Source: an uncultured virus (IMG/VR IMGVR_UViG_3300015245_000039)
Lineage: Duplodnaviria; Heunggongvirae; Uroviricota; Caudoviricetes
Strand: one strand, 5' to 3'
Virus record (IMG/VR): IMGVR_UViG_3300015245_000039
DNA length: 20,000 nucleotides
Shown: positions 8,996 to 17,308 of the stretch, piece by piece
How positions within the stretch are numbered: position 1 is the stretch's first letter
How the letters are laid out: each line of letters opens with the position of its first letter
Position numbers and translations under genes: made by a program
Notes under the pieces: model-generated
What the model was told of the DNA's origin: nothing
The model's database searches: none
What the model saw: only the letters and a program-made list of their open reading frames with translations

Positions 8996-9175
8996 CTAGC
9001 TCGTGAGCCCCTTCTGTCCACCCACGACCTTCCCGCCCTTCGTGTTCGGGTTCTGTGTGTACCCCGGCGACTCTGGGAAGTTCGGAATGATCTGAGGCGG
9101 ATGGGAGGGGTCGGTCGGGAAGATCGTCTGGTTGACGCCTCCCGGACTTACGTTGGTGCCGCCTACCTTTGCCAT
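8996..9175 (-). CDS. Small Gly/Pro-rich protein, 59 aa (not in the ORF track)
   Basis: ATG at 9175 with SD GGAAGGGAG. MAKVGGTNVSPGGVNQTIFPTDPSHPPQIIPNFPESPGYTQNPNTKGGKVVGGQKGLTS; its TAG abuts the protease ATG. Confidence 0.7.
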   Translation of the reverse strand: MAKVGGTNVSPGGVNQTIFPTDPSHPPQIIPNFPESPGYTQNPNTKGGKVVGGQKGLTS

Positions 9176-9231
9176 CTGGCTCCCTTCCTGGCCTGCTGGC
9201 GCAGTACCATAGCTGGTTTACCGGCTAGACG

Positions 9232-10791
9232 CTATTTCCGCTTGAACAGGCGGCGCAGCGCTGCGGTGATGACATTGATCTCTTCGTCATCGGAATCAGG
9301 CGAGGACGCGGGGGAGGGAGCATCGCCTTCCCGCGCCCCGCCTGACCCGATTCCCGACGAGGCAGCTGTAGCTGTGGACGAGCTTTTGCCGCCCGTCGGA
9401 TCTTGATTCGGCGGTGGATTGTTCTTGGCGTCGATCGAAGCCTGTTGGGCGTCGAGCGCCAACTGATCTTCTGGACGAGGGGCTCCCTTCTTCGGGAGGT
9501 TGTACCGCTTACGCAGCGTCTCCTCGAGCTCGAGGTCAACGATTAGAGCCTTTGACGTGATCAGCATGTTCAGATCAGCGACAGAGAGACTCTCGTCGGC
9601 ATCCTTCTGGTAGGTGAGCAGTGGAACCGTGTCGATGTCGTCGTTGTAGTTCCAGTCCCAGTAGTCCTCGATGAAGTACGCCTGGAAGGTGTCACGGAAC
9701 CACATCGCGATAGCTTCCTGCCCGAGGCTGAACAACTCGGTGAAGACGTTGCCCAGGCTGTACGATCCGAGGCTGGTGCCGCCCTGCGCGAGCATTGCGA
9801 CCATCATCAGGACCCTGCGCGCCATCGACTCGTCGTGGTAGCGAATCGAGTCGACAGGGCCGTGAGAGCGCGCATTCGGCTGCACCATCGCCCACTTCGT
9901 CCCCGGCGGCAGGGCAGCCCCTTCGGATTCGCCGACATGGAAGTTCTGGGCTACTTCGGCCAGAGCCTCGATATCCTGCTGCGTAGCGTCGTCTGCAGCG
10001 ATCGGCATCGGGATTCCGCCGGCACGCTCGTGGTTGATGGCGTCGATGCGCATCAGGCGGTCCTTGATCAGCCAGTTCTTGTAGACGTCCCTGAACAGGC
10101 TTCTCCCGACCCAGTTCGCGCCCTCACCCTCCCAGATGTAGACTGTCAGGTTGTCGACCGGGATCGGCTTCGCATTGCGGTCGAACTGCTTAACAGCGAT
10201 TAGTCCGCCGTCCGCCGCGACGTTGATCTCCTGGAGTGTAAGCGGCATGCGCTCATCCAGCTTCTTGACCGTCCAGAGCAGGTCGTTGTCGATGAAACCG
10301 ACGTCCTCGAAGTACATGTGGCCGTAGATCAACGCCAGAAGAGCCTTGCGCATATGATCCTCGAAGCTGAAGCGATCACGCAACCTGCCCCGAGGTAGAG
10401 GCTCCTCGCCGACGATATCCAGGTTGAGATTGTTCGCCAGGCGCAGAATGCGGGCAGGATCGCAGCCGTTCGGGTCGATCATCCACTTGTAGCGGCGAAT
10501 CGGCATGGTGATGCCGAAGTACAGGCTCGCGATCTGTGAATCGGTTCTCATCCGGTCGTACAGCCGGATTGAGTTCGGCCAGATCAGCTCCGGGACGTAC
10601 TCGTTGAGGTCGTAGAACTGATGCCAGCCTGGAACCCCGAATCCTGAGACGGTGCCGAAGCCCATCGGCGGACCAGAGGTTCCGAGCTGAACAGTCGGCG
10701 GAGCCCCTCCGATATCGGTGCGCTTGCGCGGTCGAACGAAGTTGACTCTGTTGTTCTCCCCGCTCAGGTCGGTGATGCCTTCTGCACTCAT
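9232..10791 (-). CDS. Portal protein (DUF935 / Mu gp29-like)
   Basis: ATG at 10791 (ATGA overlap). YD.MR.D.QI, AL.YG..YFE, G.SLFR..YK.WL.K, ER..GIP and GSYSLG.V motifs. Confidence 0.88.
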   Translation of the reverse strand: MSAEGITDLSGENNRVNFVRPRKRTDIGGAPPTVQLGTSGPPMGFGTVSGFGVPGWHQFYDLNEYVPELIWPNSIRLYDRMRTDSQIASLYFGITMPIRRYKWMIDPNGCDPARILRLANNLNLDIVGEEPLPRGRLRDRFSFEDHMRKALLALIYGHMYFEDVGFIDNDLLWTVKKLDERMPLTLQEINVAADGGLIAVKQFDRNAKPIPVDNLTVYIWEGEGANWVGRSLFRDVYKNWLIKDRLMRIDAINHERAGGIPMPIAADDATQQDIEALAEVAQNFHVGESEGAALPPGTKWAMVQPNARSHGPVDSIRYHDESMARRVLMMVAMLAQGGTSLGSYSLGNVFTELFSLGQEAIAMWFRDTFQAYFIEDYWDWNYNDDIDTVPLLTYQKDADESLSVADLNMLITSKALIVDLELEETLRKRYNLPKKGAPRPEDQLALDAQQASIDAKNNPPPNQDPTGGKSSSTATAASSGIGSGGAREGDAPSPASSPDSDDEEINVITAALRRLFKRK

Positions 10792-11549
10792 GAGGCCACA
10801 TCCGATAGGTCGGAGTTGAGCTGGCCCATCGCGAAGCCCTGCGGGGACTTGTTCTTGGTCAGCCAGGACTGCGAGATCAGGGCGTACCCTTCGTCGCAGT
10901 AACGGTGGAAGAAGGACCAGGTCATCTTCGTCCTGATCCCCCAGGTGATGCACTCGAGGTAGGAGGGGTCGTAAGCTACGACCTCGACGCAGTGTCCGCC
11001 CCAGGTTCCGGGGTTGCCGTCGGGCGTGTTGACGATATCCCAGAGCTTCTGGGTCTGAGCCGACTTGGGCAGCGCCAGCCCGATGTAAGCGCACCCGAAC
11101 AGGTAGATGGCGTTCCTGACGTCGTCCATGTCCGTCAGGTTGATCTCCGCGAAGGCGTGGAGCTTGTGGCGAAAGATGCCCTTGTTGTGGACGTAGTTCA
11201 GGACGTCGAGCAGGTAGCGCCCGTTGTCCTCTGTGCCGGTGGCCCAGTACAGAGCCTCGACCGCCCGGTTAGTCGGGGTGAACTTCTTACCGTGACCGAT
11301 CGCCTCCCAGGTCTGCTCCGCGTGCCCGAGCGCGGCACATGAGCAGTCCCCGAGACGATCGTTCGCCATCATCCCCCAAGTGGTCCGTCCCAGAACCCGC
11401 TCGGTGGCTGTGGCGTAATCGACGCTGATCGGCGGCGGCTCGAGCTTGGTGGTGTAGCGAGCAAGTCTGAGTGTGCGTTCGTCATCTTTCTTCTCCAGTT
11501 TCCCGAGTTTGACGTGGCCACCAACGATGTCGACGTGAGTGGCCTCCAT
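10788..11549 (-). CDS. Papain-like (C1-type) cysteine peptidase, possibly a lysin component
   Basis: Catalytic-type motifs NDRLGDCSCAA (Cys), WGGHCVEVVAYD (His) and ITWG. Located inside the lysis cluster. Confidence 0.7.
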   Translation of the reverse strand: MEATHVDIVGGHVKLGKLEKKDDERTLRLARYTTKLEPPPISVDYATATERVLGRTTWGMMANDRLGDCSCAALGHAEQTWEAIGHGKKFTPTNRAVEALYWATGTEDNGRYLLDVLNYVHNKGIFRHKLHAFAEINLTDMDDVRNAIYLFGCAYIGLALPKSAQTQKLWDIVNTPDGNPGTWGGHCVEVVAYDPSYLECITWGIRTKMTWSFFHRYCDEGYALISQSWLTKNKSPQGFAMGQLNSDLSDVAS

Positions 11550-11683
11550 TACCAGTACCTGGTTTGACGCGATGTGACGAACAGCAGCGCCAGCCCAGTG
11601 AAGATCAGAGCCAGGGCGATGATGAAGTGTCCGAGCAACATGAAGATGACGCCCAGGACGACGAGAAGACTGCCTGCTCCCAT
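11549..11683 (-). CDS. Small hydrophobic membrane protein, 44 aa (second holin or antiholin candidate; not in the ORF track)
   Basis: SD AAGGAGG. MGAGSLLVVLGVIFMLLGHFIIALALIFTGLALLFVTSRQTRYW; TAATG coupling to the peptidase. Confidence 0.7.
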   Translation of the reverse strand: MGAGSLLVVLGVIFMLLGHFIIALALIFTGLALLFVTSRQTRYW

Positions 11684-11684
11684 G

Positions 11685-11942
11685 CTAGACCTCCTTCTTG
11701 ACCTTGAGGACACCCGGCAGCACTGCTCCCAGCTTGTGGCGATTGACCTTCTGTGCCCAGAGCACCTTTATAGTCGCTGCGGCCGCTGCCCCGAGCGAGG
11801 CGTAGACCTGGTGCCAAAGGTCCAGGTTGAACCCCTGCGCCAGCCAGTCGAGTAGGCCGAGCGAGATCTCGACCTCGATGAACGTGGAAGCGACACGCTC
11901 GACGAAGTCCTTGACCTTGTCGACCTGGACGATTTGTGTCAT
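11685..11942 (-). CDS. Holin (r1t-like), 85 aa
   Basis: ATG at 11942 overlaps the amidase stop. ERVASTF motif, two hydrophobic segments and a basic C-terminus. Confidence 0.7.
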   Translation of the reverse strand: MTQIVQVDKVKDFVERVASTFIEVEISLGLLDWLAQGFNLDLWHQVYASLGAAAAATIKVLWAQKVNRHKLGAVLPGVLKVKKEV

Positions 11943-12520
11943 CAGACTCCCTTCAGGAACTTTGTCGCCATCCGGCCTACTGTCGGGATCGTTCCGAGCA
12001 GGTTGCCTGGACAAGCGGTGTTGTAGAACTGCTGGTGTGGGTGAATCGGCAGGATGATCTTGCGATGCCAGCACCAGGAGACCCAGGCTATCGCTCGTGC
12101 ACTCGCTTCGAGCTGAGCCTCAGTTGCATGCTCTCCGGGCAGGTGCTCATGCTCGATGCCGACGGCACGGTTGTGCTCGGGGCAGTGAGCGCTCTCGACC
12201 ATGTGCCCGTGCTGGATCGCAGTGACGGTGTACCAGCGCCCCTGGAGGATGTGTCCGGCCCTCGTGATCAGCAGGTTGTGCCCCGAATCGTTCCAGCCCC
12301 TGCCACCCTGCGAGACAGGCCGCATGTGGAAGTCCTGGATGTCGAGTACGAAGCGAATCGCCTCCTCGAGCGACTCATCCTTGGGATTGCTGATCTCACG
12401 ATGATGACTGTCCGTGTGATGGAAGATGATCTCCAGCTGGGGGACAACGAGCACCGGCGGTGACTTCGGCGGCTTCGCGTGCCACTGGGGACAGGTGATG
12501 ATCTTGATCGGAAATGACAC
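11942..12520 (-). CDS. Endolysin, N-acetylmuramoyl-L-alanine amidase (Amidase_2 / PGRP-like), catalytic domain only
   Basis: IIFHHT, IQ.FHM...GW.D.GH, ILQGR, SAHC..HN..VGIE and H......TACPG Zn-ligand motifs. GTG start with SD GGAGGGAG. Confidence 0.88.
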   Translation of the reverse strand: MSFPIKIITCPQWHAKPPKSPPVLVVPQLEIIFHHTDSHHREISNPKDESLEEAIRFVLDIQDFHMRPVSQGGRGWNDSGHNLLITRAGHILQGRWYTVTAIQHGHMVESAHCPEHNRAVGIEHEHLPGEHATEAQLEASARAIAWVSWCWHRKIILPIHPHQQFYNTACPGNLLGTIPTVGRMATKFLKGV

Positions 12521-12532
12521 TGTGCTCCCTCC

Positions 12533-14125
12533 CTACATGTTCTTCAGGAGAAGGTCTCCTGTGATCGAACGACTCTCGCCGGGCCTGCGTCGGCGCTGGG
12601 CAGCGTGCGTCTCGGCGTCTCGCGTGGAGCCCCGCTTGACGAGACTCAGTACGGCGGCGTCGGCTCTGTCCGGTGATGGGAGTCCGCGCTTGCGCATATC
12701 CTCCTTCCCCTCGATGACAATCTGACCTATGTCATTCTCCCACCACTTAATCGACATCAGCTGGTTGTGCAGCAGCTCGTCCTCTGGATCGAGATCAATG
12801 ATGCACTCGTCCAGCAGCGCTCTGAATGTCCAGTAGATCTCGGCGCGGCGATTACGGTACCTCTTGGGATTGCGAGCCTTTTCGGAACCGTAGATGGCCC
12901 TTACGTTGTACCCCTTCCGACGCAGGTTGTCAAATGGACCGCTGCCCACGCCGATGGCGTCGATGTTGACCGGGATGAGCTGGGCGTTCACTCCATGTCT
13001 CGCGAGCTCATCCTCAATCTTGTCAGTAGACTCTGCGGTGTCCATCTTGGCCCACCACTTATGTAGTCTGATCTGGAAGCCCCGGTTCCGGTACATCATG
13101 CTCTTGTCCTCACCGTACCGGGCAATATCGACTCCGTACTGGCCCATCTCGAGGCCAGACTGAACTGTCATCTTCCCCTTGTCGATCATTCTAGGGGAGA
13201 TCAGCGTATCGTCGGTGACCTCAGGGAACTCAGCCTCGATCTTGCCCTGCCAGTTGGGAGAGCCAACTCCCCAGTCGAGCGCGCGCGCGTGCACCCAGTT
13301 AGGGCTCAGCAGCTCGGCGGCCAGATCCTCGGGGATCTCCTCCTCGGGAATAGGTCTTACTCTCTCGAAGCTACGGCAGATCTCTGCGGTCATAGTCGGG
13401 ACGCACCAGGCCGGGATCTCGATGACGTTCCATCCGCTGTTCGGCTTACAGACCTCGGCGAAGTACGACTCCGGGTTCTCCGGGTTCCCGATAGCGAGTA
13501 CTCTGCTGTCGTCATTCGTCGTGATCGCTAGGATGGAGTCCCACAGAGTGCGCTCCACGCCGTTGGCCTCGTCAATCACTCCGAGCACGTACCTTGCATG
13601 GATGCCCTGCAGGGAGTCCTCGTCGTAGTCGGCTGGCTTGCGGCCCATGGCGATTAGTTCTTCAGTCGGGTCGCCGATCTTGTACTTAGCGCCTCGCGCT
13701 GCCATGTGCCACTGACAATCCCCGGTGATACGTCCGGGCAGCTTCCCCTTCGCGTGCACCCGCTTCAGGTAGCGCCAGAGGATGGCTTCAATCTGAGGCC
13801 AGCTGGGCGCGGTCGATAGGGCAAATGCGGAACCTAGTGCGTGCACCCTTGGGTCCAGCCACCAGCCCATGATACGACTGGTTATGAAGCTCTTGCCGGC
13901 GGAGTGACAGCTCTTGACAGCCGTCTGCTTGTGATCCCGGACCGAGTGCATGATCTCGATCTGCTTCGACCACAGGAAGTCGTCCAGAATGTCCTTCGCC
14001 CAGAGCTCCGGCCGGTCACGCCACTTGCTTGATCTGGGGTACATGCGGTCGACTGCATGCTGCCCAGCTCCGCGTGGGAAGAAGACAGGCTTCGCCGGTT
14101 GCTGCGGGCGGGTCTTCTGGTTCAT
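12533..14125 (-). CDS. terL: Terminase large subunit
   Basis: ATG at 14125 (ATGA overlap). Walker A KSCHSAGKS, Walker B VIDEA, coupling motif GNP, nuclease GVDIARYGED and SPDRADA. Confidence 0.92.
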   Translation of the reverse strand: MNQKTRPQQPAKPVFFPRGAGQHAVDRMYPRSSKWRDRPELWAKDILDDFLWSKQIEIMHSVRDHKQTAVKSCHSAGKSFITSRIMGWWLDPRVHALGSAFALSTAPSWPQIEAILWRYLKRVHAKGKLPGRITGDCQWHMAARGAKYKIGDPTEELIAMGRKPADYDEDSLQGIHARYVLGVIDEANGVERTLWDSILAITTNDDSRVLAIGNPENPESYFAEVCKPNSGWNVIEIPAWCVPTMTAEICRSFERVRPIPEEEIPEDLAAELLSPNWVHARALDWGVGSPNWQGKIEAEFPEVTDDTLISPRMIDKGKMTVQSGLEMGQYGVDIARYGEDKSMMYRNRGFQIRLHKWWAKMDTAESTDKIEDELARHGVNAQLIPVNIDAIGVGSGPFDNLRRKGYNVRAIYGSEKARNPKRYRNRRAEIYWTFRALLDECIIDLDPEDELLHNQLMSIKWWENDIGQIVIEGKEDMRKRGLPSPDRADAAVLSLVKRGSTRDAETHAAQRRRRPGESRSITGDLLLKNM

Positions 14126-14460
14126 GCCTTCTTGTACCCCTGCAGCAGATCCTTCAGCGGAACCCCGTCGACCCAAACGTCGGCGACGTAGCGGATGAAA
14201 GACGTAACGTCTTGGTTACGTCTCGTTTTGAACGTCTGGATCAGGACCTCCCTGGCATTCTTGAGCAGCGTCTCTGCGATGTCTCGGGCGGCGGGTCCCT
14301 CGGGCTGAGAGAGCTCCCAGGTGTCCAAGCCTTGTAGCCGGATCCACGCTTCCCTGGCGTCGCCCATGCCCTGGTCGATGAGCAGCCGATAGGTGTCACC
14401 GTCGTGGACTTCTTTCACTTCCAGGACCCTTCTCGCGTAGTTGATGACCGGCGGCGTCAT
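14122..14460 (-). CDS. Thermonuclease (SNase-like) protein, 112 aa
   Basis: ATG at 14460 (ATGA overlap). V.EVHDGDTY and IRL.GLDT.E motifs, plus RYVADVW.DG..L...L. Confidence 0.8.
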   Translation of the reverse strand: MTPPVINYARRVLEVKEVHDGDTYRLLIDQGMGDAREAWIRLQGLDTWELSQPEGPAARDIAETLLKNAREVLIQTFKTRRNQDVTSFIRYVADVWVDGVPLKDLLQGYKKA

Positions 14461-14762
14461 CGCGGGTTGCTCGGTGTGATCGGGCCGACGGGGGACTGAT
14501 CGTCCGGGTTGTGGGTCACGCGGTCTCGGTAAGAGCGCGTACCGGCGGGGAAGACAGCTACCGGGGAATCGCGCCAGTTCAGTCGCTGACCCTCTGGGCC
14601 GAAGTCGGTCGCTCCGCAAGCAAGGCAGAAGCGTGCCTCGGGGTGCGGATCGCCCGTGCCCTGGTTCAACTGTTTCTGAATCGGCGTCCACTCGTGCTCG
14701 CCGTTCGTCTGGTCTACCGGGCAGGGCTCTGTGGGCTGCCCCTCCTGGAACTGTACGGTCAT
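14457..14762 (-). CDS. Hypothetical protein with a putative Zn finger
   Basis: CP.......HEW ... CLACG ligand pattern; coupled by overlaps at both ends. Confidence 0.65.
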   Translation of the reverse strand: MTVQFQEGQPTEPCPVDQTNGEHEWTPIQKQLNQGTGDPHPEARFCLACGATDFGPEGQRLNWRDSPVAVFPAGTRSYRDRVTHNPDDQSPVGPITPSNPR

Positions 14763-14836
14763 TGGCCGAACCCCCTGAAGATGCGTGCGAGGATAGGGTT
14801 GAGGATTCTCTGTAAAGTTCTACGCCACCAACTCAC
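14759..14836 (-). CDS. 25-aa cationic amphipathic micro-protein (not in the ORF track)
   Basis: MSWWRRTLQRILNPILARIFRGFGQ. GTGA overlap at the start, ATGA overlap at the end, SD GAGGAGG. Confidence 0.6.
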   Translation of the reverse strand: MSWWRRTLQRILNPILARIFRGFGQ

Positions 14837-15069
14837 GACTCCTCCTCTACCGGAGTTTCAGCTGCCCATGCCCCGCCAGCGGCGATCCATAACGCCAGCC
14901 AGCTGAGCAGGTTGACCCACCAGACGTGGTTGCGAAACAGGTAGGTGGCAGCGGCTCCTGGCCCGAATGCAGTGATCATGACCCAGAACCAGACCTTTCG
15001 TCTTACTTTGGCGGAGATTCCGCCGTCTGGAAGGTTCTTTATTGTGTTTACGAGGCTAGTTCGCGCCAT
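14833..15069 (-). CDS. Small two-TM membrane protein
   Basis: 78 aa with two Trp-rich hydrophobic segments; overlaps the end of the terS candidate. Confidence 0.65.
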   Translation of the reverse strand: MARTSLVNTIKNLPDGGISAKVRRKVWFWVMITAFGPGAAATYLFRNHVWWVNLLSWLALWIAAGGAWAAETPVEEES

Positions 15070-15848
15070 TCCGCCTCGATTGCTTCCTCATTGGGCATTC
15101 CGAGCGTATCGAGAGCGAGTAGATGCTTTGGAACGATTTGTGCGGCCTGATCTCGTATCTGATTCCGGAGATGCTGGTAGTGATGGTTCTTGTCGAACAG
15201 CGGGTTGTTGTAGATGAGATCGTTCATGATCCCCATGATCAGCGTGTACAGCATCTCGCCGTACATCTCAGCAACCCGTACTGCCCGATCGGCGATGCCT
15301 ACATCGAGCGCCATCTTGCTGAACTTGGCCAGACGTTCCTGTGCTGCGTTGTACTCCTTGCCGGCCACGTCGAGCTGGCGTCCTAGTAGCTCGTTCGACT
15401 TGTCAATGAGAGCCTCGGCTGCATTCTTACCCTGTTCTCGGGCCTTGGCTTGCATATCCTGGATCTCTTGGCTCCAGAACAGCACGTCTCCAGCGGCCAG
15501 GCGAATCAGCCACATCAGGGCGTTGATCGGATCGATCTCGAACTCACGGCCCAGCGTTCTCTGGAGCTCGGTGGACCATGACTTCTTGAGATGACTGGGG
15601 ACTGACCCGCCGTGGAGCTTGCAGGCACCCATTCCTGGATGAGGAGTTCCCCAGCCAGCGGCAAGATTACATTTTCCGCCTGACTTTTTCTTCGCGCCGC
15701 AGGTGGTGCCTCCACCCATCTTGAACTCACGAGCTTGTTTGCGGACGGTCTTACCTCCGGGGAGTGTGACGGTAGATCTTACTCTGCGGGTTGGATGTGG
15801 AATCTCACTATCTCCTGGATTTTGCTGGAGGATGGACGGGTGTCGCAC
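15048..15848 (-). CDS. Probable terminase small subunit (HGG-type Zn motif); start uncertain
   Basis: CGAKKKSGGKC...GWGT.H.G.G.CKLHGG motif followed by a helical region; first gene of the packaging operon. Confidence 0.65.
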   Translation of the reverse strand: MRHPSILQQNPGDSEIPHPTRRVRSTVTLPGGKTVRKQAREFKMGGGTTCGAKKKSGGKCNLAAGWGTPHPGMGACKLHGGSVPSHLKKSWSTELQRTLGREFEIDPINALMWLIRLAAGDVLFWSQEIQDMQAKAREQGKNAAEALIDKSNELLGRQLDVAGKEYNAAQERLAKFSKMALDVGIADRAVRVAEMYGEMLYTLIMGIMNDLIYNNPLFDKNHHYQHLRNQIRDQAAQIVPKHLLALDTLGMPNEEAIEAEWRELAS

Positions 15849-16350
15849 CGGGGAGTCCCTTGTCTTCCCGATTTTCGGGCCTACCCCTATCGATTGGAAT
15901 CTATACTGGTTGGAATCGATATTTCCCCTTTGGCGCGTAGCGTAGCGGACAGATCCCTGGGTGCGGTACTACAACGGGGTTTCCACTCGCGTTTCCCCTG
16001 CTAATAGGCCCTTTTTACCCAACCCTACTTAGAACCTATACGGGTACTACTTTCGGCCGTATTCTATCTAGGCTACGCGCTACCCCGGTTTTATCGACCG
16101 CGAACCGTACGGTTTCGAATCGATACTAGTACCCCTTTCAAGCCGCTACGTTTACTACGGAGAATACGCGCCAGGGGTAGTAGAGTCCCTGGTGCGGGGC
16201 GAGGGAAGCCCCGAACTTAGACCGAAGGGAGTCCGTACTACTTACGATCGATACATCCGCAGTACCACTCACAACCTATATTCAGGCGATCTACTGACCC
16301 CTGCGAGGAGGCCCGGTAACAGGCCGGGACCCCACCTCGAAAGGAGCAGT
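15849..16350. promoter_or_regulatory. Divergent control region (promoters; possible pac site, origin or genome end)
   Basis: About 500 bp between divergent arms, visibly less GC-rich, with repeated GTACTAC, ATCGAT and AACCTATA motifs and -10-like hexamers (TATACT 15902, TATATT 16277). Confidence 0.55.
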
Positions 16351-16353
16351 AAG

Positions 16354-16620
16354 ATGATCCTCACCGACGCACAGGTCAAGGTTGCGGCGGACCACGTCTC
16401 ATCCACGGGTAGCTCGCGCTACACAAAGGATCAGTACCTGGCCGTCATCACCAGGGTCGTGAAGTCCGGCAAGGGCGAAGGTCGCCTCGAGTCCGAGTTC
16501 CCCGGCGTGAAGCCTGCGAACGTCCACTACCAGCTGAAGCAGCTGCGGGGCGACACAAAGGTCCAGGTCGGCTGGGACAAGAAGAAGGACGGTCTCGGGG
16601 TCTTCGTTCTTCCGGCCTAA
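16354..16620 (+). CDS. Hypothetical protein, 88 aa (possibly winged-helix-like)
   Basis: ATG at 16354 with SD GAAAGGAG; clean GC3-rich codons. The ORF-track 5' extension is unlikely. Confidence 0.75.
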   Translation: MILTDAQVKVAADHVSSTGSSRYTKDQYLAVITRVVKSGKGEGRLESEFPGVKPANVHYQLKQLRGDTKVQVGWDKKKDGLGVFVLPA

Positions 16621-16698
16621 GTCGGAGGGAGCGGGAGTCCAACAACTCCCCCTCCTCGGAGTGGTCGGTAGTCGCCCACCCAGTCTAAGGAGTAGGAC

Positions 16699-16923
16699 AT
16701 GAAGCGCAAGCTGGCAGCAGCAGCAGCCGTCATCGCCATCCTCGGCGCAGGCGGACTGAAGATGAAGTCAGATCACGATCATCTCGCCGATCTAAGCAAG
16801 AGCGAGAAGATCGAGATGTACTGCATGGACACGGACCACAACCACGGGTCGATGTTCAACTGCATCATGAAGCTCGAGGAAGGTCGCATGATCATGGCGA
16901 CCGGCCACGGCTGGGAGAACTAG
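16699..16923 (+). CDS. Small secreted or membrane-anchored protein
   Basis: SD TAAGGAG. MKRK followed by a hydrophobic stretch; two Cys in the mature part. Confidence 0.75.
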   Translation: MKRKLAAAAAVIAILGAGGLKMKSDHDHLADLSKSEKIEMYCMDTDHNHGSMFNCIMKLEEGRMIMATGHGWEN

Positions 16924-16987
16924 ATCTCGGGGAGGGGAAGGCCGGACGGTCTCCCCTGACCAAGACCTAACCCAGAAAGGAGAAAAC

Positions 16988-17308
16988 ATGCTCACAGACG
17001 AACAGGTCCGCGAGGCTATCAGCCAGATGAAGTCACACTGCCGTCTCCTCGTGGAGGGATACAAAGCTGGGACGAGGGAGTACGAGATGCTCTCAGCCCG
17101 CGGAGTGCTCTACACGCTAGGCTTCGATGAAGCAGCAGCAGATCAAGTCCTCGAAGCCATCGCAAAGGCAGGATTCGATTACTGCCTCGACTCAAAGATC
17201 GCATGCTCCAGCGGAGTGGGAGGAAGCAGCGAGAAGACCAGGCCGAGCCAAGATGTCTGCATCTGGGGTGTCGATCAACTCGAATCGCGCCTCGCCTTCA
17301 TCCGGTAA
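16988..17308 (+). CDS. Hypothetical protein
   Basis: SD GAAAGGAG; 106 aa. Confidence 0.75.
   Translation: MLTDEQVREAISQMKSHCRLLVEGYKAGTREYEMLSARGVLYTLGFDEAAADQVLEAIAKAGFDYCLDSKIACSSGVGGSSEKTRPSQDVCIWGVDQLESRLAFIR

Noticed and set aside
10792..11094. Long 5' extensions in the ORF track (portal to 11094, also 5048, 7059, 12074, 14176, 14691, 16192)
   Set aside because: They overlap neighbouring genes or intergenic DNA; downstream starts have SD sequences or stop-start overlaps.
338..15945. Many plus-strand ORFs antisense to the virion operon, and alternative-frame minus-strand ORFs
   Set aside because: Shadow ORFs typical of high-GC DNA. They fully overlap coupled genes with recognisable motifs and show no motifs of their own.
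15849..16350. CRISPR or mini-array
   Set aside because: Repeats are only 6-12 bp and irregularly spaced.
16354..16620. Z-alpha (Z-DNA-binding) domain that would pair with the alternating tracts
   Set aside because: Only a vague winged-helix resemblance; the N..LY recognition motif is not matched.
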